Assembly: GCA_965207455.1 (NCBI GenBank)
Contig: CBDBMJ010000001.1
Coordinates: forward strand, 768,001 to 832,000
Origin: Bdellovibrionota bacterium
Lineage (GTDB): Bacteria > Bdellovibrionota > UBA1018 > CAIPTA01 > JAALKR01
DNA: 64,000 nucleotides
Direction: 5' to 3'
Below, piece after piece: positions 1 through 10,297 of this stretch. How positions within the stretch are numbered: the stretch's first letter is position 1; each line of letters starts with the position of its first letter. The notes under the pieces were generated by a model that had not been told where the DNA came from, ran no database searches, and was given only the letters and a program-made list of their open reading frames with translations. The position numbers were made by a program, and so were the translations under genes.

Positions 1-267
1 ACCTTGGAATAGTGGGTTGGAAAAATTTAGCATCTTCTTTCCATTCTTGCCTGAGACGAATTTACTGCTGGCATCACAGACACCTCTAATGTAACGAATA
101 TGAATCAAATGTTTGATGGTGCGTTCAAAATAACTTCCCTTAATTTATCTAATTGGGATATTTCTAGTATGACGACTTACTCTGGAATCTTTAATTACGC
201 TCATGCTGATCTTGCTATCATTTGTTCTGATGACGTGGAAAGTATTCTTGGGAAAGACTGCCAGTAA
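1..267 (+). pseudogene. 3' end of a BspA/DUF285 LRR surface protein (partial, frameshift near 57-61)
   Basis: Frame 3 reads LGIVGWKNLASSFHSCLR, then frame 1 reads FTAGITDTSNVTNMNQMF...ICSDDVESILGKDCQ*. This parallels NLGRMGWRNLANAFSNCVRLTKFTVGDTDTS in 12598..14313. Confidence 0.75.
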
Positions 268-334
268 TTAGTATTTGAGGATTTGTTTCATTTATAGTTG
301 AATATAAAACAAGGAAAAGAAGAAATGAAATTCT

Positions 335-778
335 TTATTTTTCTTTATTTTTCTCTAATTTTTTTTCTTTTTCAATGAGCGCTTGTCGAGCTTCATCTGT
401 AAGACCTTCAAACAATACAAGTGCGGCTCTGGATTTTAAATCGTCGGCACTGGCCACATAATCCATTGTAACTGCATGACGAATGGATTCTTTTTTTGAT
501 ATATCATTGGGGTCGGGAAGTTTAATAATAATTTTTAAATTCTTATGATCTAGATATACTTCTTCATAGTCAATATTTTCATCAACTTCTGAAGAAAAAA
601 CCACATTGAAGCCTTCAAAAAAATAGTCGCATTTTCCATTCCTGCCTCTCCCGCTTAAAATTCTAACAATTCCCCCAACGCCGTACTTTAAATCTTCCTC
701 AGACCGCATCACACTTTTTCTCGATGCACTTAGATCGGGAGCACTTATATTTAGATACTCATCTTCTTTTTTGCTCAT
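335..778 (-). CDS. hypothetical protein
   Basis: 147-aa ORF with AAGGA RBS; no recognised motif. Confidence 0.6.
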   Translation of the reverse strand: MSKKEDEYLNISAPDLSASRKSVMRSEEDLKYGVGGIVRILSGRGRNGKCDYFFEGFNVVFSSEVDENIDYEEVYLDHKNLKIIIKLPDPNDISKKESIRHAVTMDYVASADDLKSRAALVLFEGLTDEARQALIEKEKKLEKNKEK

Positions 779-810
779 TATATTTTCCTTCCGTTAAAAC
801 TAAATTTTAT

Positions 811-840
811 ATACGAATAGTATTTTAATACTATTCGTAT
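811..840. promoter_or_regulatory. palindromic operator candidate between divergent genes
   Basis: atacgaatagtatt-tt-aatactattcgtat, with perfect 14-bp arms. Confidence 0.55.
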
Positions 841-1033
841 TGCAAGCTAACTTAGAGAAATTTTATATAAAAGATATTTAAATAGGACTAAGATGAAAAA
901 ATCAGCCTCATATAGTCGCACCACAGCTCAAATTTGCAGTAAAAATGAAGGATAAGAGGCCTTTCCACGTTTTACCTTTTATTTCAGTGACTTTTGATGC
1001 AAGTTATTATATCTTATTTACAGGCGATTAATC

Positions 1034-1447
1034 GTGAATAAAAAAGAATTAAATGAACAAATCAATGGGCTGCACCGTGCAATACTCCAATCCATGTATC
1101 CAGACGCTAAAAGCCTGGAAAGAGCAGCTAAAGCACTAAAAATCTCTAAAGAGACTGTGCGACAAGCCAGAGACTATAATAAAGGAAGTGCACAGACCAT
1201 AACTGGACTAATGATACATGGAGGTGAACTCTCTCCCAAAGATATACTGGAAAAAATCCCTCACATTCGTAAAGCAATGACGACAAAAAATAAAAAATTA
1301 TCTGTAATAGATAAATTGATTGAAAGCGTAAGAACAAAATATTCAGAAGATGAAATCATCGCTTGGCTTCGCCTTCTTCTCGCCCGCTATGAAGTAGAGC
1401 TAGAATCAGGAATACGAAGAAAACCAGGGCGACCTAAAAAGAGATGA
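1034..1447 (+). CDS. putative HTH DNA-binding protein
   Basis: SLERAAKALKISKETVRQ helix-turn-helix pattern; C-terminal AT-hook-like KPGRPKK; resembles 40502..40867. Confidence 0.5.
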   Translation: MNKKELNEQINGLHRAILQSMYPDAKSLERAAKALKISKETVRQARDYNKGSAQTITGLMIHGGELSPKDILEKIPHIRKAMTTKNKKLSVIDKLIESVRTKYSEDEIIAWLRLLLARYEVELESGIRRKPGRPKKR

Positions 1448-1563
1448 CCCTCTAAATACCAGACACTCCCAAAAGGAATAATCTATTCTATGGATTTTAG
1501 CTTTTACTTAATAGAATAAAAGAGATTACTCGTTGCATTAAATATTTTTTTTTAAAAAAACTA

Positions 1564-1593
1564 TTGACTCCCTAGCATTTGTCACCCTAAACT
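1564..1593 (+). promoter_or_regulatory. sigma70-like promoter of the Bor pair
   Basis: TTGACT-18 nt-TAAACT upstream of 1619. Confidence 0.4.
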
Positions 1594-1618
1594 ATGTAAA
1601 GAAAGAGAAACAATCATT

Positions 1619-1924
1619 ATGACAAAAAATTTAATAATAATTATGGGTTCGCTTTTATTTCTTTCTTCTTGTGCCACTCAAAGAGGCATAATGCAGGATA
1701 GAGTTATGAACGACAATAAAGGAAGACTTGCTTATAACGAAACCTCTCACTTCTTTTTTTGGGGTCTAGGCCAAGAGGATACTATAGATGTCCTTAAAAT
1801 TTGTAAGAGACGCAGTAACGTTAGTTATGTGGAATCCAAATTGACTGGAAGTAATGGATTTTTAACAGCCATAACACTTGGACTTTATGCTCCTCGAAAT
1901 AAGAAAGTATATTGTAAAAAATAA
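1619..1924 (+). CDS. Bor-family lipoprotein
   Basis: Lipobox LSSC; HFFFWGLGQ...C...ITLGLYAPRNKKVYC matches the Bor/Iss pattern. Confidence 0.8.
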   Translation: MTKNLIIIMGSLLFLSSCATQRGIMQDRVMNDNKGRLAYNETSHFFFWGLGQEDTIDVLKICKRRSNVSYVESKLTGSNGFLTAITLGLYAPRNKKVYCKK

Positions 1925-1937
1925 GGATTAGAAATTT

Positions 1938-2240
1938 ATGAAAACTTTAATTTTATGTTTATCGGTACTAATTTTAAGTTCTTGCAGCACGCAGAAGTTC
2001 CTTTTCTCAAAGTCACTTCCTATGGAAGCCTCTAATGAGGGCGACGACAATATGCAAATTTTCTTCGTGTCTGGCATAGCTCAAACGAAACGACTAAAGG
2101 CCAAAAGATACTGTAAAGGAATGGGCAACATGAAAGTTGGTGCCATAGAGTTCAAAGAAAGTGTTCTCGACGGTCTTATCTCAGGGGCTACTTGGGGTGT
2201 AATTCATCCTAGAACAGCTAATGTTTATTGCGTAAAGTAG
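1938..2240 (+). CDS. Bor-family lipoprotein
   Basis: Lipobox LSSC; FFVSGIAQ...C...TWGVIHPRTANVYC. Confidence 0.8.
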   Translation: MKTLILCLSVLILSSCSTQKFLFSKSLPMEASNEGDDNMQIFFVSGIAQTKRLKAKRYCKGMGNMKVGAIEFKESVLDGLISGATWGVIHPRTANVYCVK

Positions 2241-2321
2241 GAACCTCCTAACTTTCGTTATTAAATAATTTACACTAAACAGCTTCCTTGTATTAACAAA
2301 TATATAAGGCAATAAATTTAA

Positions 2322-2999
2322 ATGAAATTAGAAAAACAAAACACTGCGTTGTATAAAAGTGTCCGTTTTTTCGGGAAAGATCACTCTAGGCTTTCGTCTG
2401 ATATTGACTTTGGCAAAAAATGGCTGGGAATAAAAGTATCAGAAAAATATTTTAATACAGTAAAGAATTTTTCAAAAATTCCAATTTTTCAAAAACTTAA
2501 AAAACTTAAAGAAGAAAGTAATAATGAGAAAAAATGGAGTGAGTTAAAAGATTGCCACTCATCAATTTATGTTCCAGTATTAAATGCTTTTATTGATGAT
2601 CTTAAAAAGTTAGATAAAGAAAATCCAAAAAAAGTGGCAAGAAATCTTGTAGCATACTTAGTTGGCAATAAAGATTTTTATAAAATTATTAAAATTAAAA
2701 ACTCAATAGAAATACATGCCTACAATCTAACTGGGGAACTGAACTTGCCTTTTAAGAATATTGAACCTAAATATAAAATACCAAAAGTAGCTTTACCAAC
2801 AAAAATTTTAGACATTGACTTCAAAAAAAATAGCAAAACAACGATTATTGTTTCTTTTGACAATGATTGGGTCTTGTCTTTTAGAATACATAATGCAAGC
2901 TCAAGAATAGAACCGTCATTAAAGTTTGATATAAGTTTAATCGATGCGCCAAAAAATCTTTTCAAAAATACTTTAAACATAATTTATGGGAAAAAATAA
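2322..2999 (+). pseudogene. HaeIII-family restriction endonuclease, N-terminally truncated
   Basis: HSRLS and SFRIHNASSRIEPSLKFDI motifs; the region upstream of HSRLS is absent; adjacent to an M.HaeIII-like MTase. Confidence 0.75.
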
Positions 3000-3981
3000 T
3001 ATGAAATTAGTATCATTATTCACAGGTGCCGGCGGTCTTGACCTCGGTTTTAAAAAAGTTGGTTTTGAGATTGTTTGGGCTAACGAATTTGATAAATCAA
3101 TTTGGGAAACATTTCAAACTAATTTTCCTCATACTAAGTTAGATAAACGAAGCATTACTGATATTAAATCTAGCGAAGCACCAGAAGCAGACGGATTTAT
3201 TGGTGGACCGCCATGCCAGAGCTGGAGTGAAGCAGGCGCTCGTCGCGGAATTTCTGATGCTCGTGGACAATTATTTCATGATTATATTCGCCTTTTGAAA
3301 GATAAGAAACCTAAGTTTTTTCTTGCTGAAAATGTCTCCGGTATCTTGCATCCAAAACATTCAAAAGCATTTTTAAATATCATAAATGAGTTTGAAAACT
3401 CGGGATATAATGTGTCTTATAAATTATTAAACGCTAATGACTTTGATGTTCCTCAAGATCGCAAGCGTGTAATCATAATCGGTTATCGAAAAAACTTAAA
3501 GAAAAAATTTGAATTTCCAAAATCTCAAAGCTATAAGCCAGTATTAAAAGATGCTATTTGGGATTTACGAAAATCAAAACAAGCAAAAGAGGGAAATAAA
3601 ACAAATGGTGAAAATGATTTATTGGTGCCTAATCATGAATACATGAGCGGTGGATTCTCAAGTATCTATATGTCTAGAAATCGTGTGCGTCCATGGAGTG
3701 AACCTTCTTTTACTATTCAAGCAAGTGGAAGACATGCGCCAATGCACCCACAAGCACCTGAAATGAAATTTATTTCACAAAATAAAAGAATTTTTGTACC
3801 AGGACAAGAAAAAAAATATAGGCGTTTATCCGTTAGGGAATGCGCACGCATTCAAACATTTCCCGATAATTTTATTTTTAAATATGTAAATATTGCAGAC
3901 GGATATAAAATGATTGGAAATGCTGTGCCTGTTAATTTTGCAAAATACCTTGCGCAAAAAATAATGAACGACTTAAGGTAA
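2986..3981 (+). CDS. C5 cytosine DNA methyltransferase, M.HaeIII-like (probably GGCC)
   Basis: LFTGAGG, GGPPCQSWS, ENV, QDRKRV, MSRNRVR, RECARIQTFP and KMIGNAVP motifs, closely following M.HaeIII. Confidence 0.92.
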   Translation: MGKNNMKLVSLFTGAGGLDLGFKKVGFEIVWANEFDKSIWETFQTNFPHTKLDKRSITDIKSSEAPEADGFIGGPPCQSWSEAGARRGISDARGQLFHDYIRLLKDKKPKFFLAENVSGILHPKHSKAFLNIINEFENSGYNVSYKLLNANDFDVPQDRKRVIIIGYRKNLKKKFEFPKSQSYKPVLKDAIWDLRKSKQAKEGNKTNGENDLLVPNHEYMSGGFSSIYMSRNRVRPWSEPSFTIQASGRHAPMHPQAPEMKFISQNKRIFVPGQEKKYRRLSVRECARIQTFPDNFIFKYVNIADGYKMIGNAVPVNFAKYLAQKIMNDLR

Positions 3982-4050
3982 ACCTTCCGCATATAAATTG
4001 AATCAAAGCATACCCCGATTTTACCTGTTGTCGGGTGAGAGCACCCATTT

Positions 4051-4101
4051 TTAAAAGCTGCCTGCGGTACTCTCTGATCCACACAAGGCAGTCCTTGGTT
4101 T
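4051..4101. repeat. partial copy of the GC-rich palindromic dispersed repeat
   Basis: ttaaaagctgcctgcggtactctctga...cacaaggcagtccttggttt is near-identical to 47391-47441. Confidence 0.85.
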
Positions 4102-5985
4102 TGGGAAAGATCACAATAACCACCGTATTTCTGATGATTTTACCGTATTATAAGTTAGGTAGTTACAAAAAATAACTTACAGGCTCGTCTTTAGTGGAAA
4201 TGGGGTTAAAAGTGAAAATTCTTAACTATCGCACTTTATTCAAACTGGTCACAGTTTCTAGAAAACCTATCTTCAACGGCACGCTCATTTATGGCACTGC
4301 AAATTAAATTAAGTTGCCGATCGCTTGTCAAACTACTGAAGATAAAATCACTATCAAGGTTAGTATTTAAAGCCCAGCTACTTATGTTGAGGCTCGTTAA
4401 GCTGGAGGCATCATAAAACATACTATACATATTTATTACATCAGATGTATTAAAACTAGATAGATCAAGCGAGGTCAAACTGAAGGCACTCTCGAACATG
4501 TAGCTCATGTCTGTTACATTAGATGTATTAAAACTAGATAAATCAAGTGACGTTAAGCTGGAGGTACCAAGGAACATTTGCACCATATCTGTTACATTAG
4601 ATGTATCAAAACTAGATAAATCAATCGAAGTTAAGCTAGACGCAGCAGCAAACATGCCGAGCATATCTGTTACATTAGATGTATCAAAACTAGATAAATC
4701 AAGTGAAGTTAATCTAGAGGCTTTACCAAACATGATGCTCATATCTGTTACCTTAGATGTATCAAAATTAGATAAATCAAGTGAAGTTAAGCCAGGAACA
4801 TCATAAAACATAGCACTCATATCTGTTACATTAGCTGTATTAAAACTAGATAAATCAAGTGATGTTAAGCTAGAAGCACCAAGAACATGTAGCTCATGTC
4901 TGTTACATTAGATGTGTTAAAACTAGATAGATTCAACGAAGTTAAGGCAGAGGTAAAAGCAAACATAGCACTCATATCTTTCACTTCAGATGTGTCAAAG
5001 TTAGATAGATCAAGTGAGGTTAAGCCAAAGGCACCATTAAACATGCCAACCATAGTTGTTACATTAGATGTATTAAAACTAGATAGATTAAGCGAAGTTA
5101 AAGCAGAAGCCTTAAAAAACATACCCCCCATAGTTGTTACATTAGAGGTATTAAAACTAGATAAGTTAAGTGAAGCTAAGCTAGAGGCACCATTAAACAT
5201 GCCAGCCATAGTTGTTACATTAGAGGTATTAAAACTAGATAGATTAAGCGAAGTTAAAGCAGAAGCCTTAAAAAACATACCATACATAGTTGTTACATTA
5301 GAGGTATTAAAACTAGATAAGTTAAGTGAAGCTAAGCTAGAGGCTCTATTAAACATACCATGCATAGTTGTTACATTAGATGTATCAAAACTAGATAAAT
5401 CAAGCGAAGTTAATCTAGAGGTATTCAAAAACATACCGTTCATATCTGTTACCTTAGATGTATCAAAATTAGATAAATCAAGCGAAGTTAAGTTAGAGGC
5501 ATCCAAAAACATACCACCCATAGTTGTTACATTAGCTGTATTAAAACTAGATAAATCAATGGAAGTTAAACTTGTAGTCCTAGCAAACATAGCCAACATA
5601 TTCGTTACACTAGATGTATCAAAACTAGATAGATCAATGGAAGTTAAACTTGTAGTAGTGGAAAACATGTAGCTCATGTCTGTTACATTAGATGTATTAA
5701 AACTAGATAGATTCAACGAAGTTAAGGCAGAGGTAAAAGCAAACATAGCACTCATATCTTTCACTTCAGATGTGTCAAAGTTAGATAGATCAAGTGAGGT
5801 TAAGCCAAAGGCACCATTAAACATGCCAACCATAGTTGTTACATTAGAGGTATTAAAACTAGATAGATTAAGCGAAGTTAAAGCAGAAGCCTTAAAAAAC
5901 ATACCATACATAGTTGTTACATTAGAGGTATTAAAACTAGATAAATCAAGCGAAGTTAAACTAGGGTCATCAGAAAACATACCAT

Positions 5986-7591
5986 GAGCCTGTAAGTTAT
6001 TTTGTGTAACTGCGGTTTTAGCACCAAATCAACTCTCATCGTCAATGAAAAGTTAATTCAACTGCCGCTTCTATTTTTTTCCAGCAGCATTAACTGCTAG
6101 AAAATTATTTATATCAAATCCATCTCTCCGTGTCAATCATGAAATTAAAAAAAATGTAAAATCTTAACGGGTAATAGCTTTCACTAAGTGAGTTTTAAGC
6201 AAAAACCATACAACCCCCTGGAACCCAAGGGGTAGTTTTTAGATAGCGAAGACTAGCTAAATAATTTATATTTTACTTCAAGCGAAAGGTTACTCTCTTT
6301 TGCCTCAGAGATCGAACCTGCCTTCATATTCAATTGCAAATCGGTTCATTGCTAAAGGCCAATTATGCAATGGCATTGTCCATTTACGAGATGCCTGTTG
6401 TGTTGCTAAATAAATTAACTTTAAAGCAGACCCATCGTTTGGAAATATTTTTCTATTCCTAATGCTCTTACGGATAACACTGTTTAAAGACTCTATCGCA
6501 TTCGTTGTATAGATAACTTTTCTGATCTCATAGGGATAATCAAAAATAGAAATTAAATTTTCCCAATTATTCCTCCAAGAACGCTCTATCTGAGGATATT
6601 TATCCGACCATTTTTTCCCAAATGCATCTAGCGCTGTCTGGGCAGCTTCCAGTGTTGGAGCACCGTAAATTGCTTTTAGATCCTTAGCTACTGCCTTCTT
6701 ATCTTTTGAGGGCACATATCGAAAAGAATTACGCATCATATGGACGATACATAACTGTATCTTAGCCTTAGGAAATGCCGTTGTAATTCTTCCGGAAAAC
6801 CAGTTAGACCGTCTACACAAACAATAAAAATATCCTTAACTCCTCGGTTCTGCAAATCTGTTAAAACACTTAACCAAAATTTAGCTCCTTCTTCAACCTG
6901 CAATCCAAAGACCAAGGAGTTCCTTGTGTCCCGACTGTGTAACTCCCAATGCAAGATAGACCGATTTATTTCTTACACGACCACTCTCATGAACTTTCAC
7001 GACTATACAATCAAGGTATAGTATGGGGTATACCTTATCTAGGGAGCGACTAGCCATTCCTTAACGGTATCTATAACTGCATCTGTGACATTAGAGATAA
7101 ATGGGATATTTCTGCCAAACCATAGAGTTCCTTAATTGTTTCCTGAACACTCGTGTGGTCATACCTCGGCTATACAGAGCCAGTATAGTGTCCTCAAAGC
7201 CCTCTAAGCGAGTTTTCCCTTTTGGGATAACTTTAGGCTCAAATGAGGCGTCTCTGTCTCTAGGAGTGCTCAAATCAAGCTCACCCTTATCACATTTTAT
7301 CGTTTTTGAAATGTAACCATTGCGAGTATTCTTTCTTCGATTACCCAATTTATCATTTCTCTCATAGCCCAGGTGATCATCTAACTCTGCATTGAGCGCA
7401 GATTCAAAAATCGTCTTTGTTAGCTGACCCATGATCCCTGAAATATCTTTTTGTGTTTTTACACCCCTGGCAAGTTCTTTGCCTATCGCATCAATATCCA
7501 TAACTACTTTCTCCTTCTGATGATTCATCATACCATTTGATGATTCCACCATAGTTAAGTTAAGCAGTTACACAATTTACTTTACAGGCTC
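5986..7591 (-). mobile_element. IS256-family element
   Basis: Terminal IRs gagcctgtaag..tgtgtaactgc / gcagttacaca..ttacaggctc; 8-bp target duplication cataccat at 5978-5985 and 7592-7599. Confidence 0.95.
6305..7552 (-). pseudogene. IS256 transposase, frameshifted
   Basis: RNGY, PRDR, VDGLTGF, QLCIVH and YTTNAIESLN motifs are spread over several frames. Confidence 0.9.
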
Positions 7592-8453
7592 CATACCATG
7601 CATAGTTGTTACATTGGAGGTATCTGTACTGCCAGCAGCAAATTTTGTGAGCTTTGAACATTCGTAAAAAGCAGCTTCAAAATTTTTCCAACTCATATGC
7701 CCAAGATTTTGTACTTCAATCAGTTTATCTTTATCTTGATTAGACTGCCCCCCCCACGACTCCATTATGCCTTCGATTATAATTGTCTTATCTCCAGTTC
7801 TCCTGTAAGTATGATGAATATCCAAATCGTCATAAGCAGTAACTTCTTGAAGGTCTGATCCATCACCCCAATCAACAGTAAAATTATATACAAAGTTATA
7901 TCCATTTCCATTATCTTGTTTTAGAGGAAGAGTAACAGTATTATCTGCATCTCCATAACCTCTAACTCCAATACGCCAAGTTGATATAAATCCTGATTCG
8001 AGCTTATAGGCTTCTTTATTAGAACATTCTGAACTATTTCCTGCTACATCTGTCTGCTTTGCATAAAAAGAGTGTTCGCCGCTAATTAAACTGTCAGTAA
8101 GGGTTATCTCCATACTGATACCTGTTATGCTCTTGCTTTCTAGCAAGGTAGTGCAATTATAGTCTGAATATAAGCCAACAGTACCTTCCGTACCCTCGAT
8201 ACCTGCAAACTCTAAATTTCCAACACTAAATATTGGATTCCTTTCATTAGAGGGACTATCAGTCACAAGCGATAAAATTGGCGTCTTTACTGAAACTTCT
8301 AAAGTTCCTGAAACAGGAGAAGAATCACTACCACAGCCACTCAGTGCAGTCACTAAAAATAGTACCATTAGGATATATATATTCCGTTTTAAAAAATTCA
8401 CTTAAAATACCTCCATGTTATCTTTCAAATTCAAAAATTATCTGCCATACACC

Positions 8454-8480
8454 ACTTCGGAACAATTTAGAATTAACTTA
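8454..8480 (-). promoter_or_regulatory. sigma28 (FliA)-type promoter of BspA gene 1
   Basis: Minus strand TAAG-N15-TCCGAAGT. Confidence 0.55.
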
Positions 8481-8629
8481 GTAAAAAAGCAGGTATTAGA
8501 ATTTAAGCATAAAGAATTAGGAAAACAGGTTTTTATGTAACCTTGAAACATGTATTTTTTATTGAAAATGGTGCTAGATTATCATAAGCACATACGAATA
8601 TAAACCTGTTCTCGATATATAAGAGTTTA

Positions 8630-8920
8630 TTATTTCGTTTTAAGCATAGTCTTTATCTCACTTAAAGTTACTTTTCTTTTGGATTTTTGCAGTTCTTTTA
8701 GTATTGCTTTTGTATAATCAATAGGGTTTTGCGTTTCAGCTTGAATTTTTTTCATGTTATTTGAAAAATGTTTCTTTTGATAGTCTAAAATAATCCAAGA
8801 CAATAAATCTGTCTTTTTTATTTTTGCTTTAATATCTTTATTTAGGGATTCCAGCATAGTTTTCAATGAGTCGCCAGATTCTTTTGTGAGGGATACTTTC
8901 ATTATTTTTTCCTTATCCAT
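8630..8920 (-). CDS. 96-aa basic protein, possible ribbon-helix-helix; paralog of 14545..14835
   Basis: Near-identical paralog; AGGAG RBS; strand-helix-helix pattern KVSLT / KESGDSLKTML / KTDLLSWII. Confidence 0.75.
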   Translation of the reverse strand: MDKEKIMKVSLTKESGDSLKTMLESLNKDIKAKIKKTDLLSWIILDYQKKHFSNNMKKIQAETQNPIDYTKAILKELQKSKRKVTLSEIKTMLKTK

Positions 8921-8954
8921 ATTTTCTCCTTTCTTAATTAATTAAAATTATTTT

Positions 8955-9245
8955 CTAACATTTGCTGCACGATTTCAGGTCTGATTCAATTTCAAGGATA
9001 ATTTCTTTTATATTTTTCTCCCAGTACTTTATATATTTTGCTCTTTTGCTATATATGTGCTGATAAAGAGTAAAAATATAATGGCTAAAACCACTTAAAT
9101 TTAGCCTAGCACCTCTGCATACACCGCTGTATTCATCTAAATATCCTCCAAATTTTTTACCAAAGTCATCAATTGATTTTTTTCGCAACCTATTCCATTC
9201 TATGCCATTTATTGCCCAATCCACACCTGTAGCGTCCAAGCCCAA
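8955..9245 (-). pseudogene. C-terminal fragment homologous to 23988..25256
   Basis: LDATGVDWAINGIEW..KKFG..FSHYIFTLYQ aligns with LDAKGIDWAVKGVEW..KKFG..FSHYTFTLYQ. Confidence 0.8.
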
Positions 9246-9514
9246 GGGAACGCAAAAGATATTTAAAATAAAAGAGGTTTGTAAAAATGCACATCAGGTA
9301 CTGAGGAACACTGACACTAGATTGCCCAAAGAACCCTTTAGATTAATTAAGATGATAGGCGGCAGGACGGGTTTCTTTCACTTTAAAAATAATGGGGGGT
9401 TCCTAGTCCCTGGCGACGCACTTGGTCAGATGTTCCTATCGGGAGCCTGATCCTGCTAAGTTTTTTTAAAATATCCTATCCCTTGCCTCCTCATAACAAG
9501 TGCACAGCTCTCGA

Positions 9515-9916
9515 TTAAGAGGCTGTGCACGCTTTTGCTGACTCTAAAAACTTAACTCCCTCGATATGCACTTCATTTACAAAATCAGTGCAGCCACAGT
9601 CTAGGAGCTGGCTTATTTTTACATTTCCGACAATCCAAATTTGATCACCTTCTCCGCAAAGTTGCAGCCGCTGGATAACCTTTTTATTTAATGCAATCGC
9701 ATTAAATATTTGCTCATCTTTAAGCCATGATTCCGATTTTTTAGCAGATTTCGCATTTCTCAATGTTACTGATATAGACGGTGCACCATAATGCGAATAG
9801 CTAACAACTGGGCTTGTCTCTAGCTTTGCAGTTAGTGACATTTTTTTAATTTTTTTTATACATTTTTCTCCAATCCTACGTGTGTATTTTCTCTCTACTC
9901 GTAGAATGGGATTCAT
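9515..9916 (-). CDS. divergent single-stranded DNA-binding (SSB/OB-fold) protein; true start may be later
   Basis: LTAKLETSPVVSYS...EGDQIWIVGNV...EVHIEGVKFL follows the SSB pattern. Confidence 0.55.
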   Translation of the reverse strand: MNPILRVERKYTRRIGEKCIKKIKKMSLTAKLETSPVVSYSHYGAPSISVTLRNAKSAKKSESWLKDEQIFNAIALNKKVIQRLQLCGEGDQIWIVGNVKISQLLDCGCTDFVNEVHIEGVKFLESAKACTAS

Positions 9917-10297
9917 AACTGCTTGAAATTTAACTTGCTCAACACACTACACTCGTAGTTTTTTCCTACGAGTGTAGAATCCTGCTGCTTACTAAGATCA
10001 TTTGCAAAGTGTGTGACAAGAGTGTAAAAAAAACGTGACAAAAATGCCTAATTTTCACTAACTTTCACTAATACAGTGCAAACTCAGATCATAATCTCAT
10101 CTTCCATTTTTTTACTTTTAGTTGTTTTATTTCAGTTACTTAGAGGTTTTGTTTTTGCCAGTTAATTTTTTTGGGTTCCACCAACCACACGGTATGCGCG
10201 GTGGTGGAAATTAGCGCACTCTTTTAAATGATTGGTTTCTTTAACTTTTTTATTTTCTAGCAATACATAAAATACAAGAAAAATTTAAAAGCAAAAG

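Larger units (their letters stand above)
4236..8401 (-). pseudogene. BspA/DUF285 LRR lipoprotein with Ig-like stalk, interrupted by IS256 and a frameshift near 4880
   Basis: N-terminus 7577..8401 (lipobox LSGC, YAKQTDVAGNSSEC, VDWGDG) runs into the IS. About twenty 26-aa LTSLDLSSFNTSNVTxM repeats resume at 5985-4236. Confidence 0.9.

Noticed and set aside
4507..5987. + strand ORFs over the LRR array
   Set aside because: Antisense shadows of the BspA repeats.
9966..9978. 13-nt match cctacgagtgtag to the tmRNA interior as an att core
   Set aside because: It is not at the tRNA-like 3' end, and matches this short are expected by chance in 64 kb.
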